A DNA stretch of 12,770 nt. Source: a bacterium (GTDB lineage Bacteria; UBA6262; WVXT01). Below the pieces are notes generated by a model, which did not search any database, was not told the DNA's origin, and saw only the letters and a program-made list of their open reading frames with translations. The stretch lies in assembly GCA_046759165.1 (NCBI GenBank), contig JBHIBS010000041.1:1-12770 (forward strand). Direction: 5' to 3'. The position numbers and the translations under genes are program-made. This document shows positions 1-6,952 of the stretch, one piece after another (positions within the stretch are counted from its first letter, which is position 1; each line of letters opens with the position of its first letter).

Positions 1-1
1 C

Positions 2-502
2 TGTGGTGTTCTCATTAAACCACAGATAACCATTACTGTGAATATTCCCCTTGATCGTGGTTGGCTCCCAAACCCAAACACCACCAGCTGTCCGAATGGC
101 TTGTGTAGCTTGTTGTGTGGTTCGCTGAACGACTGTTTCTACTCTTCTTGTCGCTTTTGGGTTCGCGGCGTCAGGAATACGGGCAACCGAAGTGATTAGG
201 TATCGATTGAATGGTGGGCCAGCTCCAACTGTAGAAACAGTAACCGTATAAGTGCCATCTCCAAGACTATTGGTAGTAGGTCCTCTGTAATTGGGATTCC
301 CTTTCAATTGACTTATTGCAAACTCTACTCCACCATCCGCAATATAGAAAGTAGCGTCTGACAATCTTTCTTGCACTGCAAATCTCGTTTCATGTCTACC
401 TATGGTAACCAGGCCAACTCCAATAATGGATAAAACAAGCATGGATACAAGTGCCAACACTAGTCCGATTCCTCTCTCGTTTAACCAACTAATTTTTATC
501 AT
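2..502 (-). CDS. PilX/GspK-like minor pilin (PilX N-terminal type), running off the window start; missing from the ORF track
   Basis: Manual translation from ATG at 502 gives MIKISWLNERG|IGLVLALVSMLVLSIIGVGLVTIGRHETRFAVQERLSDATFYIADGGVEFAISQLK..., open to the window edge. It has a prepilin-type G|hydrophobic cleavage site with no Glu5 (typical of PilX/GspK) and a 'FYIADGGVE' PilX-like segment. The ATG overlaps the upstream TGA (ATGA) and is preceded by a GGAGGAGG RBS. Confidence 0.8.
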   Translation of the reverse strand, partial: MIKISWLNERGIGLVLALVSMLVLSIIGVGLVTIGRHETRFAVQERLSDATFYIADGGVEFAISQLKGNPNYRGPTTNSLGDGTYTVTVSTVGAGPPFNRYLITSVARIPDAANPKATRRVETVVQRTTQQATQAIRTAGGVWVWEPTTIKGNIHSNGYLWFNENTT

Positions 503-1140
503 TTTCCTCCTCCCTTACTTTCCCTCAATTTTATAGCTGCTATTGCTGACCTCGCTGCCTTTCGCACATACACATTTTCGTCCTCCAATGCTTCAGTTAG
601 AGCCGGAATAGCCGTCTTGTCCCCTAAACCTTCCAGCACAAAAGCTGCATTTTCCCGAATACTTGGATCTTTATCTTTTAATGCTCTGATCAAAACTGGA
701 ACAGCCGATTTATCTCCTATTATTCTTACGGCAATTCCAGCGTCCTCTCTAACATCTACATTTCTATCATACATTGCTTCAACTAATTCCGGAACAGCAG
801 ATTTATCTCCTATATCCGCTAAAGCATAAATTACCTTCTCCTGAACTATTGTATCAGTGTCCTTCAACCTATCAATCAATGCCGGAACAGCGGACCTATC
901 CCCTTTTTTCCCTAAAGCCAGGGCCGCATTCCCTCGAACCTCTGGAGATGGGTCCTTCAATTTTGCAATTAACTCATCTCTTATACCCGGCACTCCAGCA
1001 CGCTCAGGCTTTCGTGCCCCCAGCTTTTCTATTTCTTGGGGGAGTTTCACTTCTTTCCCTTTTCTTTGTAGACTAATGTAAAATAACATCCCGATTGCAA
1101 TGAGAAGAGCCAGACCTATCAATATATCATTCTTCTTCAT
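499..1140 (-). CDS. Membrane-anchored HEAT-repeat (HEAT_PBS-like) protein
   Basis: N-terminal hydrophobic helix (ILIGLALLIAIGMLFYI) followed by five 31-aa repeats of the form LxDxDxxVRxxAxxALGxIGDKSAVPxL. The start is moved from 1155 to ATG 1140 because GGAGG lies just upstream of it. Confidence 0.88.
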   Translation of the reverse strand: MKKNDILIGLALLIAIGMLFYISLQRKGKEVKLPQEIEKLGARKPERAGVPGIRDELIAKLKDPSPEVRGNAALALGKKGDRSAVPALIDRLKDTDTIVQEKVIYALADIGDKSAVPELVEAMYDRNVDVREDAGIAVRIIGDKSAVPVLIRALKDKDPSIRENAAFVLEGLGDKTAIPALTEALEDENVYVRKAARSAIAAIKLRESKGGGK

Positions 1141-1157
1141 CACCGATTCCTCCATTA

Positions 1158-1553
1158 TTAATCGTAATCTGCAACTAATGAAGTAATCTGCACTTGTCGA
1201 TTCTCGCCTTCCTCAATCCAAGTTGCAATTACATCTACCTGTATTAAATCTGAAGATGCCGTTGGTGTTACTGTAACTCTTCGCTGGAATATCTTGCCTG
1301 ATTGACCAAGCGACTGGGCATTTGCATCGTCCTCAGGACTTTCATCAACGACATCAGCAAAGTCCTTATTTCTCAACTCTTCCATTTTATCGGCTGCAAA
1401 ATTATAAGCTAAAGTCTGAAATTCCATACCTTTGACGGAGAGAGAACTGCGAAAGAAAAGCTGGCTAAAAGCTAAAACAACAAAAGCGATAATTGCTAAG
1501 CCTAAAACAAGTTCTATATAGGTAAAACCCTTAGAGCAATTTCGAATGTGCAT
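1158..1553 (-). CDS. Prepilin-type N-terminal cleavage/methylation protein (PilV/GspI-like minor pilin)
   Basis: Class III signal KG|FTYIELVLGLAIIAFVVLAF with Glu5, followed by 'AYNFAADKMEELR' and a short beta-rich C-terminus (FQRRVTV...VDVIATW). Confidence 0.85.
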   Translation of the reverse strand: MHIRNCSKGFTYIELVLGLAIIAFVVLAFSQLFFRSSLSVKGMEFQTLAYNFAADKMEELRNKDFADVVDESPEDDANAQSLGQSGKIFQRRVTVTPTASSDLIQVDVIATWIEEGENRQVQITSLVADYD

Positions 1554-1608
1554 ATTATCAAGAACCCAATTATTTTATTTTAACATATATCTTACTGTCT
1601 ATAAAAAA

Positions 1609-1637
1609 AGTATATCACAACTTAATCATAGCGTCAA
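1609..1637 (-). promoter_or_regulatory. sigma70-type promoter of the minor-pilin operon
   Basis: Minus strand TTGACG (1637-1632), 17 nt spacer, TATACT (1614-1609), with an extended -10 TG (TGaTATACT), in an AT-rich intergenic region. Confidence 0.8.
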
Positions 1638-1677
1638 GCAGTATTTGGCTCCACCACTATCGCTCCGCCACTACTCG

Positions 1678-2175
1678 CTACGGTTTTCCACACTCCCCAC
1701 CATGACCCGATATAATATCGAGAGCGTGCGGTATCGCTGGGAGAACCACTTTCAAGGACTCACTTACCGCCTTAGGGCTACCGGGGAGATTAATAATTAG
1801 ACTCCCCTTTCTCAGACCAGCTACCCCCCGAGAAAGCATCGAGTGGGGAGTCTTCTCCAAGCCTTTCATTCTCATCGCTTCTTCTATGCCCGGCACCTCC
1901 TTTTCGATAACTTCCATTGTTGCCTCAGGCGTCACGTCCCTCGTAGATAAACCAGTGCCTCCGGTCGTAAAAACTAAATCTATCCCATGCTCATCCACCA
2001 TCTCTTTTAACTTCTCAACTATAGTTCTTTTCTCGTCAGGGACAACTTCATATTTCTTCACCCGAGCCACCAACCTCTCCTCAACGATTGCCCTAATCAC
2101 CCTTCCACTCTTATCAATCCTCTCACCTTTCGACCCTCTATCACTAACAGTAAGAATACCAACTGAAATTCCCAT
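1678..2175 (-). CDS. mogA: Molybdopterin adenylyltransferase (MogA/MoaB family)
   Basis: Motifs ILTVSD, DKSG, TTGGTG, RDVTPEAT and NLPGSPKAV. ATG at 2175 follows an AGGAGGAG RBS, so the GTG at 2202 is probably not the start. Confidence 0.9.
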   Translation of the reverse strand: MGISVGILTVSDRGSKGERIDKSGRVIRAIVEERLVARVKKYEVVPDEKRTIVEKLKEMVDEHGIDLVFTTGGTGLSTRDVTPEATMEVIEKEVPGIEEAMRMKGLEKTPHSMLSRGVAGLRKGSLIINLPGSPKAVSESLKVVLPAIPHALDIISGHGGECGKP

Positions 2176-2203
2176 CTCTCCTCCTCTTCTCGGCCTCTGC
2201 ACA

Positions 2204-2395
2204 GCTAAAAGATAGTTTGCGAGAAGCTATCGGCATTTCAGCCAAAAAATAAGGACGGCTTATTCTGCCCCAAAGCAAATCACTGTCCGACGACCCCCCG
2301 ATTTATCGAGGGAGGAGTTTTGATTTGCGCTTTGCAAAGTCCGAAATTTCTTGGCGTAAGGAAATTCCTCAGGCGTAAGCGAACTATCTTTTAGC
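2204..2395. mobile_element. Foldback/MITE-like non-autonomous element with 17 bp terminal inverted repeats
   Basis: GCTAAAAGATAGTTTGC (2204-2220) and GCGAACTATCTTTTAGC (2379-2395) are reverse complements with one mismatch. Nested inner pairings are GCCAA/TTGGC, GGAC/GTCC and GCAAATCA/TGATTTGC, around a CCCGATTTATCGAGGG core. No transposase is present. Confidence 0.6.
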
Positions 2396-2884
2396 GTAAT
2401 ATCTTCCGCTCTTTCCACCACTCTTTTCCAATAGACATATATCACCAATCACCATATCCTTCTCCACTGCTTTACACATATCGTAAATGGTTAAAGCTGC
2501 GCAAGCCACAGCAAATAATGCCTCCATTTCACATCCTGTAGCATCCTTTGTTTTCACCCTGGCAGTTATCTTGACACCAGTCTTAGACTTCCGGGTAGAG
2601 ACACCCGCCCCTAAAAATTGGAAATCCATATCGCAACCAGTGATTTTTAAGGGGTGCGTCAGAGGAACCAATTCACTAACTCTCTTCGCTCCCATAATTC
2701 CAGCAATTTTGGCTACGGTTACCACGTCCCCTTTAACAATTCTATTCTTCTCAATCAAGTTCAAGGTCTCCTGTTTCATAAAGATTATTCCTGTAGCAGT
2801 AGCACTCCTTTTCGTCATTATCTTTTCTGTAACATCCATCATCTTAGCTCGTCCTTCACGATCAAAATGGGTAATTCCCTTCAT
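2384..2884 (-). CDS. moaC: Cyclic pyranopterin monophosphate synthase MoaC
   Basis: THFD..G.AKMMDVTEK, KGDV..VAKIAGIMGAK....LVPLTHPL, TGCEMEAL, LTIYDMCKA, and C-terminal KSGGKSG. ATG at 2884 has a GGAGG RBS and lies just after the moaA stop. Confidence 0.95.
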   Translation of the reverse strand: MKGITHFDREGRAKMMDVTEKIMTKRSATATGIIFMKQETLNLIEKNRIVKGDVVTVAKIAGIMGAKRVSELVPLTHPLKITGCDMDFQFLGAGVSTRKSKTGVKITARVKTKDATGCEMEALFAVACAALTIYDMCKAVEKDMVIGDICLLEKSGGKSGRYYAKR

Positions 2885-2885
2885 T

Positions 2886-3836
2886 TTAGCCTCCAATCTG
2901 ACTCATATACTGATACTGTCGGATGCCATTCAAATTGTACTTCTCAGGCTTGTCAAAGACGGCATTGTAAAAAGCACCTCGCATATCCCCGCCCTCTCGC
3001 AAAACTTTTTTCAAATTGAACCCCTTTCTCGAAAACAGACAGGGGAGAAGAATACCGCTGGATGTCAACCTCAAGCGATTACACTCCTTGCAGAAAGGCT
3101 CGGAGCGAGATAGAATGAATCCAATAATATTCTCACCACCTGTGGGCCTAAAATTCCTGGCTGGGCCAGAACCAGGAGCCTCAACAGAAGCCAGCTTCTC
3201 CTCTTTTATAATCTTATCCATAATTACTTTAAGTGGATAAAAGTAGTCTTCTCTAGATAAAGGCATAAACTCAATGAAGCGTACATTCAAAAGTTCCCTC
3301 TTCCCCCACTCAATGAAGTCGGTAATTTCGTCCTCATTTATTCTTCTCATCACCACCACGTTAATCTTAACTGGAGAAAAATTTAACTTCCTCACCGCAT
3401 CGATTCCCGAAAATACCTCTCTTATATCACCACCCCCGGTGATCCGATTAAATCTGATCTCCTTTAAAGTATCCAGACTGATATTGATTCGTGAAAGCCC
3501 GGCGTTAAATAGATTCTGGGCGTATTTATTTAAAAGGATTCCATTGGTAGTGAGCGAAAAATCTATTCCTAACCCTGCTAACTTTTCAATAAAACCAATA
3601 ATTCCTTTCCGAACCAATGGTTCTCCACCAGTAATTCTAAACTTACCAATTCCCAGATCACGGGCACATTTGACGATTTCAATTAACTCCTCATATTTCA
3701 AAATCTCCTCAGAAGGAACCCTCTCGATTCCCCACGCGGGCATACAGTAGAAGCATCTCAGGTTACATCTGTCGGTAACCGAAATTCGTAAATAATCTAT
3801 CTTCCGGCTGTAACTATCGACTAATCCATTTCCCAT
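2886..3836 (-). CDS. moaA: GTP 3',8-cyclase MoaA (radical SAM)
   Basis: YLRISVTDRCNLRCFYCMP (CxxxCxxC), TGGEPL, auxiliary-cluster motif FCKECNRLRLTSSG.LLPCLF, and C-terminal MSQIGG. Confidence 0.96.
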   Translation of the reverse strand: MGNGLVDSYSRKIDYLRISVTDRCNLRCFYCMPAWGIERVPSEEILKYEELIEIVKCARDLGIGKFRITGGEPLVRKGIIGFIEKLAGLGIDFSLTTNGILLNKYAQNLFNAGLSRINISLDTLKEIRFNRITGGGDIREVFSGIDAVRKLNFSPVKINVVVMRRINEDEITDFIEWGKRELLNVRFIEFMPLSREDYFYPLKVIMDKIIKEEKLASVEAPGSGPARNFRPTGGENIIGFILSRSEPFCKECNRLRLTSSGILLPCLFSRKGFNLKKVLREGGDMRGAFYNAVFDKPEKYNLNGIRQYQYMSQIGG

Positions 3837-3920
3837 TCTAATTGTACCCCTAAAATTAAACTCTGTTCCTGACTTCCATCACAAAATCAGCATGATTTTA
3901 CTCACATCCCCAATGCACTT

Positions 3921-4071
3921 GTAGCAGCAAAGCGCAAGCTTTGCTCCCTTTTAGTCCCGATTCATCGGGACAGCTGCTTTAATCTACGCATCTGGAGTCC
4001 TCCCGAAAGGGAGGTCATAATTGGAGAACCCCCGATTCTATCGGAGGAATCCAGCATAGGAGTTGGATTCC
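3921..4071. repeat. Cluster of REP-like palindromes between tupC and moaA
   Basis: Five palindromes: GTAG-C-AGCAAAGC-GCAA-GCTTTGCT (3921-3945); GTCCCGA-TTCA-TCGGGAC (3954-3971); CCTCCC-GAAA-GGGAGG (3999-4014); CCGAT-TCT-ATCGG (4032-4044); GGAATCCAGC-ATAGGA-GTTGGATTCC (4046-4071). Confidence 0.7.
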
Positions 4072-4078
4072 ATGCGAA

Positions 4079-5188
4079 TTATTCAAATACATTAACACAA
4101 GACGCTTTAAAGGTAAAACAGACACGCATGCCAACTTTCAAGCCCATCTCTTCTTTCGACCTCTTGGTAATAACAGCAACAAATGGAGTGGAAGCTGAAT
4201 CGGCTTTTGAATCCGAGAACTTGGAGGTTGGCTGCAACGTAACCCAGATAATTCCGCCTCTATCCTGTATACTGATTACCTCCCCTAAGAAACTGTTGCG
4301 GGCACTGGAATGGAAGGGTTCCAGAGAGAGCAAAATATCTTCTGGACGGAGAGTGGCAAAAACAGAAGCCCCTGTTTTCTTAAATTCTGGCGGGCGAACA
4401 ATCTCAACTTTTATCTTCCCCAGATCCAACTTTTGAGTGCCTTGTTCAATGATCAGCTTACCCTTAAAGAGATTCCCCACTTCCACAAACTCAGCAGCAA
4501 AAGAAGAGTTAGGATAATGAAATACTTCCTCAGCTGTTCCTTGTTGTATAATTTCGCCCCGGCTTAATACAAAGACCCTTCTGGCAAATCTTCGAGCCTG
4601 TAATAGATTATGGGTCGCGATAACGATAGTTACATTGTACTCCTTCTGCATCTCGAGGATTAAACCCTCTATAATCTTTGTGCTCAATGGGTCAAGATTG
4701 GCCATGGGTTCATCCAAAAAAAGAACCTCTGGCTCCAGAACCATTGCCCTTGCCAGTGCGACTCTCTGAGCCTCTCCACTGGATAAGGTCAGAGCAGACT
4801 GGTCTTTGATAGAAGAAAGCTCGACAATTTTTAATCCTTCCTCAACCTTTTCGGCTATATTGCTATTTCCTCTCAATTTCAGTCCATAGGCAACATTTCC
4901 CCAGACAGAAGTATTGAACATAAATGGGTTTTGCATTACTACACCAATCCTTCTGCGGACCTTAAGCTTCTCTTCTGGCGATAACAAAGAGGAAGGAGAA
5001 CCGTCAAAATAGACTTCTCCAGAGGTCGCTCCATCCAGAAGGGTGAGAATCTTGAAAAGTGTGGTCTTCCCTGCGCCATTTGGCCCAATCACGCAGTTGA
5101 TTCTACTTTCGGCAATCTCAATATCGATATTTCTTAAAACTTCCTTGCCGCCGAAACTCCTACAAATTTTTCTTGCTTTAATATTCAC
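4079..5188 (-). CDS. tupC: Tungstate ABC transporter ATP-binding subunit with C-terminal TOBE-like domains
   Basis: Walker A GPNGAGKTT, Q-loop VMQN, signature LSSGEAQR, Walker B LFLDEP and H-loop ATHN. The C-terminal SSARNSFLG..AVITKRS.EEMGLKVG...FKAS segment is TOBE-like. The GTG start overlaps the tupB stop. Confidence 0.88.
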   Translation of the reverse strand: MNIKARKICRSFGGKEVLRNIDIEIAESRINCVIGPNGAGKTTLFKILTLLDGATSGEVYFDGSPSSLLSPEEKLKVRRRIGVVMQNPFMFNTSVWGNVAYGLKLRGNSNIAEKVEEGLKIVELSSIKDQSALTLSSGEAQRVALARAMVLEPEVLFLDEPMANLDPLSTKIIEGLILEMQKEYNVTIVIATHNLLQARRFARRVFVLSRGEIIQQGTAEEVFHYPNSSFAAEFVEVGNLFKGKLIIEQGTQKLDLGKIKVEIVRPPEFKKTGASVFATLRPEDILLSLEPFHSSARNSFLGEVISIQDRGGIIWVTLQPTSKFSDSKADSASTPFVAVITKRSKEEMGLKVGMRVCFTFKASCVNVFE

Positions 5189-5880
5189 CTGCCAACTCCT
5201 TGCATTGTTTGCAAGATGAGATTAACCACGAAAGCCACAGTTAAAAGAATAATCCCCAGAGCGACTGCCAATTCGAAATCACCTTTCATCGTCTCCAGAG
5301 CAATAGCAGTAGTCATTACTCTGGTAGCTCCCTTAATATTACCCCCCACCATCATAGTCATACCAGTCTCTCCAATCACGCGGGCAAACCCCACAATGAA
5401 TGCAGCCATAAGCGAACTTTTCGCTTCTTTGAGCACAGTAAGGACCATCTGCCAGCCACTGGCACCCAAACTAACCGCCGTCTCCTTAACCATAGAACCG
5501 ACCCTTTTCAGAGTTTGATGGGAAAGGCTGGTGATAATCGGAGTAGCCAGAATAGCCTGGGCAATAATCATAGCCCAGGGCGTATAAAGTAACCCCAGAA
5601 CCCCCAAGGGTCCCCGCCGGCTGATAAGGAGATAGATGACCAGCCCAATGGCTACTGCCGGCACTGCCATCAAACTATTCATACTGCTCACAATGAACCT
5701 GTTGCCTCGAAATTTTTTCAGAGCCAGTAAGAGGCTCAAAGGGAGACTAAATAAAGAAGAGAAAAATACAGCAGTCAGTGAAATGGAGAAAGAGAGTAAA
5801 ACGATACTGAAGACTTCTCTATCCAAAGAGATAATTAAGCCCAGAGCTTTATTTAAGGCACTAAGAATATTCTCCATCAT
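5185..5880 (-). CDS. tupB: Tungstate ABC transporter permease
   Basis: Multiple TM helices with SRRGPLG.LGLLYTPWAMIIAQAILATPII and MMVGGNIKGATRVMTTAIALET motifs typical of TupB. Coupled to tupA by an ATGA overlap. Confidence 0.92.
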   Translation of the reverse strand: MMENILSALNKALGLIISLDREVFSIVLLSFSISLTAVFFSSLFSLPLSLLLALKKFRGNRFIVSSMNSLMAVPAVAIGLVIYLLISRRGPLGVLGLLYTPWAMIIAQAILATPIITSLSHQTLKRVGSMVKETAVSLGASGWQMVLTVLKEAKSSLMAAFIVGFARVIGETGMTMMVGGNIKGATRVMTTAIALETMKGDFELAVALGIILLTVAFVVNLILQTMQGVGR

Positions 5881-6743
5881 TCCTCCTCAATAAGTCCACA
5901 AATTGGTAAGGGAAAAAAGAGGGACCGTCCATACTCCTTTTGACCGTAAGTGCTGATAATATCCTGTCCCTCGATACCTGTGATGAATTCAACGAGTTTC
6001 ATTGCCAGTTGGTATTTTACATGCGGATACTTCTCTTTGGAGAGAGGGATTATACTGTAGAGATTATAGAGATTCTCATCTCCTTCTACCAAAATAGTTA
6101 AATCCAGCTCCTTTCTATGCGCAAGATAAGTTCCTCTATCAGTCAATGTATATGCCCTCCTCTCATTTGCAATCCTCAAAGTTCCCACCATTCCTGTGCC
6201 TGCTTCGATGTACCAGCCTCCAGAAGGCTGGATTCCGGCTACCCTCCAGAGTTCTCTCTCCCTTCTATGTGTTCCCGAATCGTCTGCTCGAGAAATAAAA
6301 ATAGATTTTGATGATGCAATCTTGTTGAGTGCTTCAGCTCCTCCTCCCTTACTTCCGATATGAGCAGGATCTTCTTCCGGACCCACAATCACAAAATCAT
6401 TATACATAATGTTATATCTTCTTATCCCGTGACCCTGTTTCACGAACATCTCCTCTCGAATCGGGTCGTGAACTAAAATTACATCTACATTGCCCTCTTT
6501 AGCCAGGCGAATCGCCTGCCCGGTCCCCACACCAATAACCTTAACTCTGCACCTGTTCTCCGCCTCAAATGGCGGAAGCAAAGCATCCAAAAGCCCTGAG
6601 TCCTGAACGCTCGTAGTAGTGGCCAAAACTAATTGGGATTTCTCTCCTCTTCTGGCTAATGTGAAGATAATCCCTGAAAAGAGGAGATAAGAGATTGCCA
6701 TTAGCACCAGAATTATTATCAAAGTCCTTTGTGATCTCAACAT
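5877..6743 (-). CDS. tupA: Tungstate-binding protein of an ABC transporter
   Basis: TupA hallmark LATTTSVQDSGLLD, plus VGTGQA, VHDP, MYNDFVIVGP, SRADDSGTH and YTLTDRGTY. The start is reassigned to ATG 6743 (GAGGT RBS) because the ORF-track extension to 6791 lies inside the terminator. Confidence 0.93.
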   Translation of the reverse strand: MLRSQRTLIIILVLMAISYLLFSGIIFTLARRGEKSQLVLATTTSVQDSGLLDALLPPFEAENRCRVKVIGVGTGQAIRLAKEGNVDVILVHDPIREEMFVKQGHGIRRYNIMYNDFVIVGPEEDPAHIGSKGGGAEALNKIASSKSIFISRADDSGTHRRERELWRVAGIQPSGGWYIEAGTGMVGTLRIANERRAYTLTDRGTYLAHRKELDLTILVEGDENLYNLYSIIPLSKEKYPHVKYQLAMKLVEFITGIEGQDIISTYGQKEYGRSLFFPLPICGLIEEE

Positions 6744-6758
6744 GCTCTTATCAACCTC

Positions 6759-6800
6759 AAAAATAAAAAATCCAGCATTCCGCGCTTGCAAAATACTGGA
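6759..6800 (-). terminator. Intrinsic terminator forming the riboswitch expression platform
   Basis: Minus strand UCCAGUAUUUUGC-AAGC-GCGGAAUGCUGGA (13 bp including 3 G-U pairs), followed by UUUUUUAUUUUU, located between the aptamer and the tupA RBS. Confidence 0.85.
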
Positions 6801-6805
6801 CTTAC

Positions 6806-6902
6806 TTTCTCCTTCTCAAGCACGGAAAGCGCACCTATTTCTCGGCGCACTCTATCGGCCAACCACCATATCTTTTGACTTAGGTGAAATGGCTCGGAGA
6901 AC
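6806..6902 (-). ncRNA. Moco RNA motif riboswitch, P3-lacking (tungsten cofactor/Tuco-type) variant
   Basis: Minus strand UUCUCC-GA-GCCAUUUCACC-UAAGUCAAAAGAUAU-GGUGGUUGGC-CGAUAG-AGUGCGCC-GAGAAAUA-GGUGCGCU-UUCCGUGCUUGAGAA-GGAGAA. P1, P2, P4 (GAAA-containing loop) and P5 match the Moco motif architecture known from the E. coli moaA leader. It lies directly upstream of tupABC-moaAC-mogA. Confidence 0.88.
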
Positions 6903-6913
6903 TTTCTCAAATT

Positions 6914-6942
6914 ATCCTATAAGAATTCTATCCTTCTGTCAA
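6914..6942 (-). promoter_or_regulatory. sigma70-type promoter for the riboswitch-tup transcript
   Basis: Minus strand TTGACA (6942-6937), 17 nt spacer, TAGGAT (6919-6914). The predicted start site falls a few nt before riboswitch P1. Confidence 0.8.
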
Positions 6943-6952
6943 GTACTCTCTT

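Noticed and set aside
1648-1681. Short imperfect tandem repeat GCTCCACCACTATC/GCTCCGCCACTACTC
   Set aside because: Only two degenerate copies with no spacers; not a CRISPR array, and no function can be supported.
2260-2448. 62-aa minus-strand ORF
   Set aside because: It overlaps the moaC 3' end out of frame and runs through the foldback element; no protein features.
3921-4071. Second riboswitch or CRISPR array upstream of moaA
   Set aside because: The hairpins are non-identical and irregularly spaced, lack the Moco consensus, and fit REP-like repeats better.
4762-4787. Deviant ABC signature LSSGE in TupC as a sign of inactivation
   Set aside because: This is a single conservative deviation; Walker A/B, Q-loop and H-loop are intact.
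6744-6791. N-terminal extension of TupA in the ORF track (MQARNAGFFIFEVDKS)
   Set aside because: It is read from the terminator hairpin and U-tract; the ATG at 6743 has an RBS and begins a proper signal/anchor sequence.
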